From a virus: 64,000 nt of DNA. The DNA lies in IMG/VR virus record IMGVR_UViG_3300032291_003663, positions 27,060 to 91,059 of that record. The stretch is one strand, 5' to 3'. Both the position numbers and the translations under genes were made by a program. Below, piece by piece: positions 45,497-56,800 of the stretch (the first letter of the stretch is position 1; each line of letters starts with the position of its first letter). Under the pieces are notes generated by a model. It had not been told where the DNA came from. It did no database searches and saw only the letters and a list, made by a program, of their open reading frames with translations.

Positions 45497-45663
45497 GCCT
45501 AAATAGCATGAAAGCCATTTAGGCTTTCTCTCTTGCTTGAGATGTGTGTATATACGTATCTATTGATGAATTAAGGGGCAAGCGCTTAAAACGAGGCATA
45601 GAGGATTTGGAAATTGCAAATACGGGTCGTATATTATCATTATATTCAAAAATTAAAAAAATT

Positions 45664-45846
45664 ATGAAATACAAATTACAAGCACTTTCAAAAATAGAAA
45701 AACTAGAAAACCAACTTAAAGCTTTAGAAATGGGAATCCATCGTTCTTTTTCGGCCGAGGATGTTCAAAAAACTATTGATAGTATTAAAGAAGTAGTCGA
45801 ATCTCTTCGTAGCACTATTTCTATTGAACACGATGAATGGAATTAA
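45664..45846 (+). CDS. small coiled-coil protein
   Basis: Start moved to MKYKLQ downstream of a promoter at 45607. Confidence 0.7.
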   Translation: MKYKLQALSKIEKLENQLKALEMGIHRSFSAEDVQKTIDSIKEVVESLRSTISIEHDEWN

Positions 45847-46136
45847 TTATGATAGTACTATCTATTATTTTATTTTTAGCAACCTCTCTTTTGGGATATA
45901 TTGCTTATAATCTTTTTAAAAAAGTTGAAAAACTAGAAAAAATTGTTGATTCGCAAGAACAATATATTACTAAATTTTCTAGTGCTGTAGACTATACTAA
46001 TAAAAAGTTAGAAGCTATTGATGCTAAGGGAACCTTTGAATCAGACGACGAAGTTGGCTGGTTCTTTGAAAGTGTAAAAACATTACAAAGAGAATTAAAT
46101 GATTTCAATACCAACGAAAGACGCAGAGGTCAATAA
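45837..46136 (+). CDS. N-terminal TM plus coiled-coil protein
   Basis: TM helix; GTFESDDEVGWFF. Confidence 0.75.
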   Translation: MELIMIVLSIILFLATSLLGYIAYNLFKKVEKLEKIVDSQEQYITKFSSAVDYTNKKLEAIDAKGTFESDDEVGWFFESVKTLQRELNDFNTNERRRGQ

Positions 46137-46899
46137 TAACCTACTGTTAGCAGATGATAGCTTAGTATCTATTGAACTAACTAAATCAGGGAAAATACGT
46201 AAGCGTAAGCCCAAAACATCTAATACTTATTTTACAGAAGATACTCAAAATGCTATTATAGAATATGTGGCGTCTGAAGATCAACATTTTAGAGATACTG
46301 TCTATCGTGAACGTATTGAGTATGGGTTTTTTAAACTAACTCAGAATATTATTCATACGTTTAAATTTTATTATACAGACGGAGAATCAGTAGAAGATGT
46401 ACAACAGGAAGTAATTGCTTTCTTACTTGAAAAGTTAAGACTTTTTAAACCACATAAAGGAAAAGCATATTCGTATTTTGGTACTATAGCCAAACGTTAT
46501 CTTATACTTAAAAATAAAAAGAACTATAAGAAGTTACAAGATAAAGGTGATTTGACCGAGGTAGATGATGATAAGAGAATTAAAGAAGAAACGATAAATG
46601 AGTATTATAGTCAAGATTATAGTACTAGTGAATTTATGGGTTTATTTATTAAGTATGTAGATAAACATCTTACTAGATTATTTTTAAAAGAAGCAGATGC
46701 TAAAACAGCAGATGCTATTATGGAGTTATTTCGTAAGTGTGAATCGTTAGATATATTTAATAAAAAAGCTCTTTACATGTATATTCGTGAGATGGTAGAC
46801 GTTGATACTCCTCAAATTACTAAGATTATTAAGAAGTTAAAAATAGTTTATATTGACTTGTACAATAAATATTATCAAACCGGGTATATAAAAGTATAA
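46099..46899 (+). CDS. gp55: late-transcription sigma factor (T4 gp55-like)
   Basis: YFTE..QNAIIEY, KLTQNII..FKFY, EDVQQE, FKPHKGKAYSYFGTIAKRYLI (region 2-like). Confidence 0.7.
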   Translation: MISIPTKDAEVNNNLLLADDSLVSIELTKSGKIRKRKPKTSNTYFTEDTQNAIIEYVASEDQHFRDTVYRERIEYGFFKLTQNIIHTFKFYYTDGESVEDVQQEVIAFLLEKLRLFKPHKGKAYSYFGTIAKRYLILKNKKNYKKLQDKGDLTEVDDDKRIKEETINEYYSQDYSTSEFMGLFIKYVDKHLTRLFLKEADAKTADAIMELFRKCESLDIFNKKALYMYIREMVDVDTPQITKIIKKLKIVYIDLYNKYYQTGYIKV

Positions 46900-46939
46900 A
46901 ACTTTATTACCTCTATATTTATAATCAAAAATTGACATA

Positions 46940-47293
46940 ATGAATTTTGATCAAGTAATGTGGGGTAGTAAAAAGTTTTCCGATCTGCTTAAGGATATAT
47001 ACACCAACTCCAAAGATAAAGAAAAACAAATTAGAGAACTAATTGAAACATTAAAACCTCTAGTTAATGATGCCCAATCCGCTCTCATGATTGTCCCATT
47101 AATAGCCGAACATCTTAATATTAGTGTAAAGAACGATGAACAACTTGTTAAATTAGCAGGCATAGTTCAACGTGCTTTATCTACTAATATAGATGAAGCG
47201 GCTAGTTTTATTTTAAGTGAAGCTGAAAAGGAACAATTGTACTCCTCAGTAAAAGAAATAGGTGACAACATTAGTGGCCCTGTAAATAAGTAA
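46940..47293 (+). CDS. conserved helical protein
   Basis: ORF track; late motif upstream. Confidence 0.75.
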   Translation: MNFDQVMWGSKKFSDLLKDIYTNSKDKEKQIRELIETLKPLVNDAQSALMIVPLIAEHLNISVKNDEQLVKLAGIVQRALSTNIDEAASFILSEAEKEQLYSSVKEIGDNISGPVNK

Positions 47294-47294
47294 T

Positions 47295-48488
47295 ATGAGT
47301 ACTAGAATAAGAGAAGGACTATCATTTATTACCACAGCTATTGGTAATAATAATTTTATACCTCCTTTCCAATTTAAAGTAGGAAAGGTATATGCTGTTA
47401 TTCTAAATGATAAAAATGTTCCTGAAAAGGTATGGAATGATAATGGTAATTGGGCAGGTATTGGAACAGTATTATATCAATTATATAATGAAACTACCGA
47501 GATACCTTTAGAAGATTTAACTGACTCTAAACTTAGTGAATTACCTACTGCTTTGCCCTTATTTCCGTATCAAAAATACTTTCCTCTCCCCGGTGAGATC
47601 GTTTTATTAATGGATCTACCCTCTGCCCCTTCTCCTATTACTAATAAAACAGAAGAGACATATTATATATCTCCTATTAACGCTTGGAATAGTCCCCAAT
47701 TTAATGGTTTATTTTTAGAAGAAGATAAAAATTTACTTTATAATTCATTCAATGAACTTTCTGAATTTAGAGGATTATTAACCTTTGAAGGTGATTATGT
47801 TTTAGAAGGTAGATTTGGCAATTCAATTCGCTTTGGTAGTACAAATAAATCAGGAAATGAAGATTTATCCCCATGGTCTACTAACCCAGGGGAATTAAAT
47901 AATAACCCTATTTTATTATTATCCAATGAACACGGATATAAACCCCCAGGATCCGATTTATATGTTGAAGATATAAACAAAGACGGAGCTTCCGTTTATT
48001 TGTCTTCTCAGCAAAGTATTCCTTTAAATATAGGAAATATTAAGTTAAGTAATATAACTAGTCCTATAGGAGTAGCATCATATAATAGTCCTCAAGTTGT
48101 TATAAATGCCGATAGAACTATCATTTCTTCTAAAGCAGATGAAGTATTAGTATTTGGTAAAACGGGAGTTGAATTATATTCTCAAGGTCCTGTTTATATG
48201 CAAAGTGATAAAACAGGTATTACTATTCAAAATAATAAAGTATATTTAGGTCCATACAATAATTCTCAAACAACTCAACCCCTTGTATTAGGAAATGATT
48301 TAAAAAACTTTCTATCAGGATTATACAAGGCTTTAAGTAATTTCAGTACAACACTTGCTGGGGCTTTATCTACCCCAGAAGGGACAGCAATAACTCAAGT
48401 ACAATTAGCGGCTAACAATTTACAAACATATTTGAAAGATAATCCTGTTAGTAAAAAAATACTTTCTAAAAAAACATATACATTGTAA
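47295..48488 (+). CDS. baseplate spike/hub protein (gp5/gpV-like)
   Basis: PLPGEIV OB-fold, GDYVLEGRFGNSIRFGS, beta-repeat C-terminus, PLVLG; upstream of gp25-like gene. Confidence 0.6.
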   Translation: MSTRIREGLSFITTAIGNNNFIPPFQFKVGKVYAVILNDKNVPEKVWNDNGNWAGIGTVLYQLYNETTEIPLEDLTDSKLSELPTALPLFPYQKYFPLPGEIVLLMDLPSAPSPITNKTEETYYISPINAWNSPQFNGLFLEEDKNLLYNSFNELSEFRGLLTFEGDYVLEGRFGNSIRFGSTNKSGNEDLSPWSTNPGELNNNPILLLSNEHGYKPPGSDLYVEDINKDGASVYLSSQQSIPLNIGNIKLSNITSPIGVASYNSPQVVINADRTIISSKADEVLVFGKTGVELYSQGPVYMQSDKTGITIQNNKVYLGPYNNSQTTQPLVLGNDLKNFLSGLYKALSNFSTTLAGALSTPEGTAITQVQLAANNLQTYLKDNPVSKKILSKKTYTL

Positions 48489-49795
48489 TGCCAACAACAG
48501 ATGAAAAAATAAAAGCTGCTCAAAAATCATTAGCTGATTCTTCTGTCTTGTATGAAGATGGAAAGAAAAAATATGATGCTGCTGTTGCCGCTTATGAAGT
48601 AGCAAAAGTAGCATCTACTCAAGCTAGTTCATTTGTATCTACTCTAAAAAATACTCAACTAGACACTACAGCAGCTTTAACAGCGGCTGCTGCTTTTGCT
48701 CCTGATCCTAAACAATATGCTGCCCAAATTAACCAGCCCGGAGTAAATTCTCAAGAAATACAAAAGCAAGCATTAAATGATGGTATAAAAAAATCTAATG
48801 TAGCGGAAATTGCAAAGAAAAAAGCAGAAAAAGAAGTCCAACAAGCTACCCGATACCTAAATGGAATTAAAGATCGTATAAATGTTATAAAAAACCAATT
48901 AGGTATAGTAACATCTGGAAAAGATTTAACTAAAAACGCAGAACAAGCCGAATTATTAAGCGACAAAAAAGTCAAATCAGATCAATCAAAAATATCATTA
49001 AATAGTGCTAGAATACTTTTAAATGAAAATAAAACGGCTATTAAAGCATTAGCTAAGGCTGCTACGTTATATATTACGGCTAAAATACTTAATAATGAGG
49101 TTAAAAAATTATCTAAAACAGTACAACAGTTAAGTCAATTAGTTGATAAAGTAAATGAACAAATTGAATCTGTACAAACTAAACAAGACGTATTAAAAGC
49201 AAGAATAACAAGGGATGCTGCTTTAGTTACTCTAGATAATGCCGAAAGACAAATAATTAAAGTTAAAAAAACTATTAAAACATTAGAAACTATTCTTACT
49301 ATTATTTCGTTAATTATTAAGATATTATTGCTATTCCCTATACCTACTACTCCTAAAATAGTCCAAAAAATAGTAAATACAATATTACTTATAGATGCTA
49401 TTATAATATTACTAGGAATAACCAGAGTAGCTTTAGAAGATCTCATAGCAGAAGTTCAATATGAACGATCTCGATTATTGCCTATAAGCGACATAATCGA
49501 TCAAGCTATCAATAATAATTTAACCCCAGAAGAAATTGCTGCTTTATTAAATAGAATGGGTAATTTAGGGCAATTGGGACCCTTAGCAGGAATAGTATAT
49601 AGAGGATTTACATTTGCTATACTTGAAGAAAATGATCCTAAATATGTTGTAGCAGGTAATAAACGTAGGTATGCTGTTGCTTATGATAGAAGTGGATTTA
49701 TTGCTTTGCAATCTCAATCATCGTTTACATTGGATCCTGATGTGTTAGTGAACGAGTTAAAACTAAAAATTGATGAACGAAATCTTGAAGCTTAA
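48488..49795 (+). CDS. coiled-coil protein with hydrophobic hairpin (probable virion protein)
   Basis: Ala/Lys/Gln-rich helices and an Ile/Leu-rich segment. Confidence 0.6.
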   Translation: MPTTDEKIKAAQKSLADSSVLYEDGKKKYDAAVAAYEVAKVASTQASSFVSTLKNTQLDTTAALTAAAAFAPDPKQYAAQINQPGVNSQEIQKQALNDGIKKSNVAEIAKKKAEKEVQQATRYLNGIKDRINVIKNQLGIVTSGKDLTKNAEQAELLSDKKVKSDQSKISLNSARILLNENKTAIKALAKAATLYITAKILNNEVKKLSKTVQQLSQLVDKVNEQIESVQTKQDVLKARITRDAALVTLDNAERQIIKVKKTIKTLETILTIISLIIKILLLFPIPTTPKIVQKIVNTILLIDAIIILLGITRVALEDLIAEVQYERSRLLPISDIIDQAINNNLTPEEIAALLNRMGNLGQLGPLAGIVYRGFTFAILEENDPKYVVAGNKRRYAVAYDRSGFIALQSQSSFTLDPDVLVNELKLKIDERNLEA

Positions 49796-49806
49796 TATTT
49801 ATTAAT

Positions 49807-50145
49807 ATGGAAATACAAAAATTAAAAAATCTAATTAAAGACGCTGTTAGAGAAGTTTTAAAAGAAGAATTAGCTAATCTTGGCAAACAAAAAATCCAAG
49901 AATCATTGGGTGCATCAGAAGCATGGCCATCTGCTAATTTTACTAGTAACAATGTTAATCCTGCTGCTACCGCAGCGTTACGTCAAAGTTTAATGGATCA
50001 AATGGGAATGGCTGCGCCTCCCCCGGTTGCCGCTCCAACAACATTTGCTGAGAAGCAAAATGTATACCAAAATATACTAGCCCAAACAGCAGCTGAGCTA
50101 AGACAAAACCCAGCAGATATTAGTAATTTTAGAAACACTTATTAA
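49807..50145 (+). CDS. hypothetical virion-associated protein
   Basis: LKNLIKDAVREVLKEE; late motif upstream. Confidence 0.7.
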   Translation: MEIQKLKNLIKDAVREVLKEELANLGKQKIQESLGASEAWPSANFTSNNVNPAATAALRQSLMDQMGMAAPPPVAAPTTFAEKQNVYQNILAQTAAELRQNPADISNFRNTY

Positions 50146-50561
50146 TGGCTTATATAAGAAGTAATAGGGTTGATCCTAGAGATTTACAAAAAAATACAGC
50201 AATAGGTGTTAAACTACCGTTTAATGCCCCTGGTGTATTTTACAGTACCTTCTCTACTTCAGATCAATTAAAATATAACCTTATTAACTTATTATTAACA
50301 TCCAAAGGAGAAAGAATTGATAATCCAGAATTTGGTACTCTTTTAAGAGCTCAATTATTTAATCCTATGACTGCTGCCTCGTTTAGTGATATTGAAGATA
50401 GTATAAAGGATAGTGTTCAAATGTATATACCTGAAATTCTAATAAATAGTGTGGAATTTATACAAGAGGGAGAATATGGAAGTAATGTACTAGTAGTAAA
50501 AATAATATATCAAATATTAATATCCGGGCAAACCGATACAATAACAGTTAACTTCGAATAA
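50145..50561 (+). CDS. gp25: baseplate wedge subunit gp25/GPW
   Basis: NLINLLLTSKGERIDNPEFGT.L...LF. Confidence 0.9.
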   Translation: MAYIRSNRVDPRDLQKNTAIGVKLPFNAPGVFYSTFSTSDQLKYNLINLLLTSKGERIDNPEFGTLLRAQLFNPMTAASFSDIEDSIKDSVQMYIPEILINSVEFIQEGEYGSNVLVVKIIYQILISGQTDTITVNFE

Positions 50562-52372
50562 TGGCAGACCAAAAGAATATATCATACTTAAATAAAAATT
50601 TTACTCAATTCAAGACATCACTAATTGAATTTGCTAAAAATTATTTCCCCAATACCTATACAGATTTTTCAGAAGCATCTCCAGGTACAATGTTTATTGA
50701 AATGGCATCGTATGTGGGTGATATATTATCATTTTATACAGATACTCAAATTCAAGAAAACTTTGTTTTAACAGCTGTTGAAAAACAGAATTTGTTAAAT
50801 ATGGCTTATTCTTTAGGCTACAGACCTAAATCATCATATGCGGCTGTTACTACAGTAGATTTTTATCAACGTGTCCCTATTTCAGGTGGTAGTCCTAATT
50901 TAGACTATACTTTAATAATTCCCGAAAATACTCCCTTACAATCTATTAGTACAGGTATTAATTTTTTAACAATTGATAGAGTAGATTTTTCTGATACTGG
51001 TTCTGTTGATATTAGCTTATATGATGCCAATAATTACTTATTTAAAAAATCTACTAGAGCTGTATCTGCTGAGATTGTAAGTACAAATTTTACTTTTGGT
51101 GCTCCTCAAAAATTTACTTCTGTTGATATAAATGAGCCTAATTTTTTACAAATACTTCAAGTAACAGGAAGTGATAGTAGTGTATGGTATGAAGTACCAT
51201 ATCTAGCTCAGTCGAATATTATAAATAAAACTGTTAATACAGGTGCTAATTATGATAAGGTTCCTTATATTTTAAATTTATTACAAACTCCAAATCGTTA
51301 TGTTACTAGAATAAAAACAGACGATATTGTAGAAATGCAATTTGGAGCAGGAATGTATGTTAATACTCCTGATGATGTTATTATCCCCAATCCAGATACT
51401 ATTCAACTTGGGTTAGTACCATCCGTAGATACTTCTGATTTAGTTAATAATTACAATCAAGCTGCTGTATTTTATACCAAACAATATGGTACTGTGCCTG
51501 CTAATATTTCTCTAAATGTTCAATATACTGTTGGAGGTGGAATACAAGCTAATCTACCAGCCGGAGATATAGCACGAATAACATCTGTTGCTAACATAAC
51601 TGCTGTAAATTCTATTTATACAAATGCTGCTTTATTATCTTTAGTTTGTACAAATCCTGTTCCTTCAACGGGTGGTAGAAGTGGAGATACAGTTGAAGAA
51701 ATTCGTTTAAATACTTTAAATGCATTCTCAGCACAGTTAAGAGCTGTAACTAAGGATGACTATATGACCCGTGCTTTAAGCATGCCTTCAGAATTTGGTA
51801 CTATTGCTAAAGTTTATGTAGAACAAGCATCAACATTGTCCGTACAGTCAGGAAATGATCCATTAATTGATAATAATCCTCTTGCAATATCCATGTATGT
51901 GTTAGCGTATAATGATAATAAACAATTAGAAAATGCTACTACAGAACTAAAAACTAATCTTAAAGAATATCTTGAACCATTCAGAATGGTTACCGATGCC
52001 GTAACAATAAAAAATGGTTTTTATATCAACCTAGGTTTAAATTTTGATATAACTGTAATTCCAGGATTAAGTAATAAACAAATTTTAACTGATTGTATTT
52101 TATCTTTACAAAGCTTTTTTGATATAGATAAATGGCAAATCAATCAACCTATTATAATATCGGACATTTATGCCGTCTTAATGAAGGTAAAAGGGGTACA
52201 ATCGGTTGTTAAGCTTGAATTTACAAACATATCAGGGGGTAATTATTCGCCCTATAGCTATGATGTACAAGGAGCAACTAGAACGGGTATAATATACCCA
52301 TCAATGGACCCGTCTATATTTGAAATAAGATACCCAGACACAGATATTCAAGGTAGGGTTGTAACTTTTTAA
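50561..52372 (+). CDS. gp6: baseplate wedge subunit (T4 gp6/baseplate J-like)
   Basis: YTDFSEASPG.MFIE..SYVGDILSFY, FGAG, GG...EEIR, QLRAVTKDDY. Confidence 0.9.
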   Translation: MADQKNISYLNKNFTQFKTSLIEFAKNYFPNTYTDFSEASPGTMFIEMASYVGDILSFYTDTQIQENFVLTAVEKQNLLNMAYSLGYRPKSSYAAVTTVDFYQRVPISGGSPNLDYTLIIPENTPLQSISTGINFLTIDRVDFSDTGSVDISLYDANNYLFKKSTRAVSAEIVSTNFTFGAPQKFTSVDINEPNFLQILQVTGSDSSVWYEVPYLAQSNIINKTVNTGANYDKVPYILNLLQTPNRYVTRIKTDDIVEMQFGAGMYVNTPDDVIIPNPDTIQLGLVPSVDTSDLVNNYNQAAVFYTKQYGTVPANISLNVQYTVGGGIQANLPAGDIARITSVANITAVNSIYTNAALLSLVCTNPVPSTGGRSGDTVEEIRLNTLNAFSAQLRAVTKDDYMTRALSMPSEFGTIAKVYVEQASTLSVQSGNDPLIDNNPLAISMYVLAYNDNKQLENATTELKTNLKEYLEPFRMVTDAVTIKNGFYINLGLNFDITVIPGLSNKQILTDCILSLQSFFDIDKWQINQPIIISDIYAVLMKVKGVQSVVKLEFTNISGGNYSPYSYDVQGATRTGIIYPSMDPSIFEIRYPDTDIQGRVVTF

Positions 52373-52404
52373 TAACTCTATATTTATTGTAAATAACAAC
52401 ATAG

Positions 52405-53496
52405 ATGGCCGTCTATAAAATACTTCCTGAAAAGGACACAACTATATACTCTGCATACCCTACAACTAATACGGGACTAGATCAGATAATAGAAATTCAA
52501 AATACTGTATCGTCTTTTAGTAGTAGTGCTAGTGTATCCAGAATTCTACTAACTTTTCCTACATCTGTTATTCAAGATGTTATTAATAATGACGTTGGAA
52601 ATCCTTCACTTTTTAAAGCTTATTTAAAACTTTTTGTAGCAAATACTACATCTTTACCCGATCAATATACATTAAATGTATTTCCTGTTTCATCTTCTTG
52701 GGAAGTAGGAACAGGGCGCTTTTTATATAATCCTCCTGTTACGTCTGATTGTACATGGATTCAAAGAAGCAACTATGTAGATTGGGCTACATCCAGCTAT
52801 GTTGTAAATACAACAGGTTCCTATCTTACTAGTAGCCCAGGAGGAGGAACATGGTTTACACTATATGAAAATTCTCAGTCTTTTGTAATAAACAGTACAA
52901 AAGATACAAATGTAGACGTTACGGATATTGTAGGTAATTTCTATAATACTAATCTTAAGAATAATGGATTTTTAATAAAGATGGAAAATTCTTATGAATT
53001 TAACAATTCATCATCTTTTTCATTAAAATTCTTTTCTAAAGATACTCACACTATTTACCCCCCTCAGCTTGAAATTAAATGGGATGACAGTATATATATA
53101 ACAGGTAGTTTAACAACATTACAAAATGAAAATACAATTGTTACTTTAGGTAATAATGTAGGAGAATATAATGTAGATACTGTTTATCAATTTCGTGTAG
53201 ATGCAAGAAAAACATATCCTCCTAGACAATTCGTTACTGTATCTGTTTATACTTTAAATAATGCCCTTCCTATAACATCATACTGGGCTATACAAGATTT
53301 AGATACAGGAGAATATGTAGTAGATTTTGACACAACATATACTAAAATTAGTTGTGATTCTAATGGTAATTATTTTGATTTATATATGTCCGGATTACAA
53401 TCATCTAGATATTATAAAATATTAATTAAATCTGTGTTCAATAATGGATCGGAGGTAGTATTTGATAATGATTACATATTTAAAATAAACAAATAA
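52405..53496 (+). CDS. virion structural protein (DNRLRE-like beta domain)
   Basis: KDTTIYS..PTTNTG, SRILLTF, WEVGTG, NNGFLIK, PQLEIKW. Confidence 0.6.
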   Translation: MAVYKILPEKDTTIYSAYPTTNTGLDQIIEIQNTVSSFSSSASVSRILLTFPTSVIQDVINNDVGNPSLFKAYLKLFVANTTSLPDQYTLNVFPVSSSWEVGTGRFLYNPPVTSDCTWIQRSNYVDWATSSYVVNTTGSYLTSSPGGGTWFTLYENSQSFVINSTKDTNVDVTDIVGNFYNTNLKNNGFLIKMENSYEFNNSSSFSLKFFSKDTHTIYPPQLEIKWDDSIYITGSLTTLQNENTIVTLGNNVGEYNVDTVYQFRVDARKTYPPRQFVTVSVYTLNNALPITSYWAIQDLDTGEYVVDFDTTYTKISCDSNGNYFDLYMSGLQSSRYYKILIKSVFNNGSEVVFDNDYIFKINK

Positions 53497-53852
53497 TGGC
53501 TGAAAATATTCCTGTTCAACATGCTATATATGACAAGAATAGATTTTCTAAGGTTATTGATACGCAGTTTAGAGAATTAAATATAACTGAGCCGGTTGCC
53601 CCCGAAGTAACAATTGAAGATTTTTTTGTCTTATATGATGAATTATTTTTCTCTATTCCTAGCGAAGGAAATATTAATTCTCATAGATATATTTTAAATA
53701 AAGAAGCAGAATATTTAGGTGTAAAATTTGCTGATGATGTTGATATTCAAGCTTTGTTACAAGAAATAACAGACTTAAGACAACAATTATTAGCAGCAGA
53801 AACAGACAACGCAGGTTTATTAGAACAAATAGCAAATACAACAAATGGCTGA
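53496..53852 (+). CDS. hypothetical structural protein
   Basis: Translationally coupled within the baseplate operon. Confidence 0.7.
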   Translation: MAENIPVQHAIYDKNRFSKVIDTQFRELNITEPVAPEVTIEDFFVLYDELFFSIPSEGNINSHRYILNKEAEYLGVKFADDVDIQALLQEITDLRQQLLAAETDNAGLLEQIANTTNG

Positions 53853-56800
53853 TAATATTAAAATAGTAGGTCAGATTTTAAATACCGATATAATAAATCG
53901 TTATACGTTACAGGATGAGCAATTACTTCTTCCTTCTATACAGCAAGAAACTTTTGGCCAATCTAATGATTATATAGAATATTTCGTATTTGATCTCGGA
54001 GGCACAGTATTAAATTCAGATTACAACTACCAGGCATATAAATTACCTGCTAATGTTGGTTACTCTCAAAGTTTATTACCTGTTCTTGAAATAGACCCCA
54101 TTCAAGATATTGAAAATCTTGGATATGAATCCGGTGAAGTTACATCTAGATATAATTTCTTTAGAAAAATATACGGTGAACCTTTTCTTAATCAGATATT
54201 TATTCAACAAATATCTACAGATAGGACCGAAATTAGAGTAAATTCAACCGTTTATTCTCCCGAAGTATTATTATCTATTGCAAGCGAGTTTACTCAAAAA
54301 CAAGCTACTGTTCCCTATTACTACTATGTAATATTAAATTTTGGTAATAATAACCAAGTAATAGCCGTAAATTCATTAGCTAGTGTTAGTGATACCGGTG
54401 AAGCTAGTGTATTATTTAAATTATCTGAGCCCCTTCCTAATAATATAGGCTTAAAAGATACATTTTGGATTGTAGAAGAAATAGTTAATCCTTATATATT
54501 TGATCTTAATTTAGATAAATTAATATCTCCTCTTCCTCAACCTAGATTACAAGGGCCTAATTTTGATATTGAATTACAATTAAAAAATGTAGTTCCTACT
54601 CCATATAACAATTATGATCAACTTATATCTTCTCTAACAGGTTCATATTATCAAGTTGTTCTTAATCTAATTAACAATCAGAATACTGATATAAACATAA
54701 ATTATAGTAATCTTAACGACTTTGTCCACTACAGTTCGGCTGAGAATAGATTATATAACTTTATGTATAAGGTGGGGGAACTTGAGACATACCAGACAGA
54801 AATTAATGTTAGCACTCCTTTAACATCAAGTAATCCTTCCTTAGCAAGTTCCGTAAATAGGGCTAGTTCAAGCATAAATGAAATTATATCTAAATTTGAT
54901 GGATTTGAATCTTATTTATATTTTTATTCAAGTTCACTAACATCCTCTATACAAAATATTGTTTTAGAAACAGGATCTTACTTAGAATATTATGTGTCCC
55001 CATACCCTAAATCAGACTCTGATCAACCTTATATTTTATATCCTTCATCTTCTGTTACTGTTCAAAGTTGGTATTCAACTGCTTCTAATGTAGCGGTTGC
55101 ATATGATATTGATAATAAAGATATATTAATAGATACTATACCATCTTATATAAAAGAAGATACAAATAATTATCTTCCATATATTGTTTTTGTTAATATG
55201 ATAGGCCAATATTTTGATAATATTTGGATCTATATTGATAAATTAACAGATTTATGGGATAACGATAATAATTTAAATAAAGGTATATCTCAAGACTTAG
55301 TATATAATTGGTTACAATCTTTTGGAATAAAATTATATAATTCTCAAGGAAATCAAAATGTATTAGACTATAGAGTAGGTGGATATAGTGGTAGTATTGA
55401 TTTTAATAGTGATTATTCACCATCAAGTAGTTTTTTAAATAGTACACCTAGAAAAGATTTAGTACTAGATACATACAAAAGATTATATCATAATTTACCT
55501 TATTTATTTAAAGCTAAAGGAGCACATGGTGGTTTACAAGGTTTAATAAGCGTATTTGGTATTACCGGTTCTATTCTTCCTATTAAAGAATATGGAGGAA
55601 TGACAAACCAGCAAGATTTAAAAGGATATACTACAGATAAAATTACTTTAGGTGGCAATGCTATTACAGGTAGTATTTTATCCTCTATAAAACGTTTAGA
55701 AACATCTCCTACATCATCTACAAAAATTAAAAGCCAAGATGTACATTTTATAGATGTTTCTTTTTCACCGCAAACTCAAATAGATGCCGCTGTGTCTGCT
55801 TCTATTTCTGCCGTATCAGCATCGACATGGATTTTAGATAATTATATTGGTGATCCAAGAGATTTATATTTAAATACTTATCCTTCATTATCATATCAAA
55901 GAGATTATTGGTTTGGACAAACATTTGACGATCCCTTTGATTATGGAGGATTCATAAGACTAATACAGTTTTTTGATAATTCATTATTTAAAATGGTTAA
56001 AGATTTCACACCGGCTAGAGCTAATACTTGGACCGGAGTATCTATGAAATCGCCTGTATTAGAACGACCTAAAGTAATCCAATATGCTCCTAAATTTTCT
56101 CAAACCAATGAATTTTCTGGTACTACAGATAGTGCATCATTAGTACCTGTATATGATCCGTATTACTACTATTTAGCTGGGGATAAATTACCATATTATG
56201 ATGGTAATATATCGGGTTCAACTATTGATACTTATGTTTATTTTGAAGAAAATAACCGAAATCCCTACTTAGTAAATAATACAGTGGGATATATACCCCC
56301 CGGGTTTGTAAGCGGGAATACCGACTTTGTCTTAAATTATAACGCCCCAAGGTATGAGAATTTCTACCTAAACTCAGATTTTAACGCTATACAAAATAAT
56401 GTAGATGAAAGTTTAACATCTGAATATAGAAAAAAAATTACTCCTATATTGTCTGTAGATAATTTAGGAAGATGTTTTGAATCATATTCAATAACTGAGT
56501 CTGTCCAACTTCAAGATTCATATTTGTCATTAACGGCACATACGCGTCCTAGATATAGTGGTGTGCAATTATATGGGCAATTATATAATACATGGTCTGT
56601 TGGGGATATAACATATGGTACTTCTCCTGTTATTAATTATTATGTTAAGAAATTAGGATTATTTACTGAGGTGGTAGCCAATCGTTATGTGCCTTTTAAA
56701 AGTAATGCTGTTTTAAAATATCTTGTAGACGAAACAGGTAGACTTACTGAGCTAAATAAGCGTAATAGAAATTGGGTTGAAGTACAAAATACTTTTGAAA

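Noticed and set aside
816-49952. Other short minus-strand or alternate-frame ORFs in the track (e.g. 816, 1162, 4789, 9674, 43933, 49135)
   Set aside because: Nested within well-supported + strand genes, with no recognisable motifs
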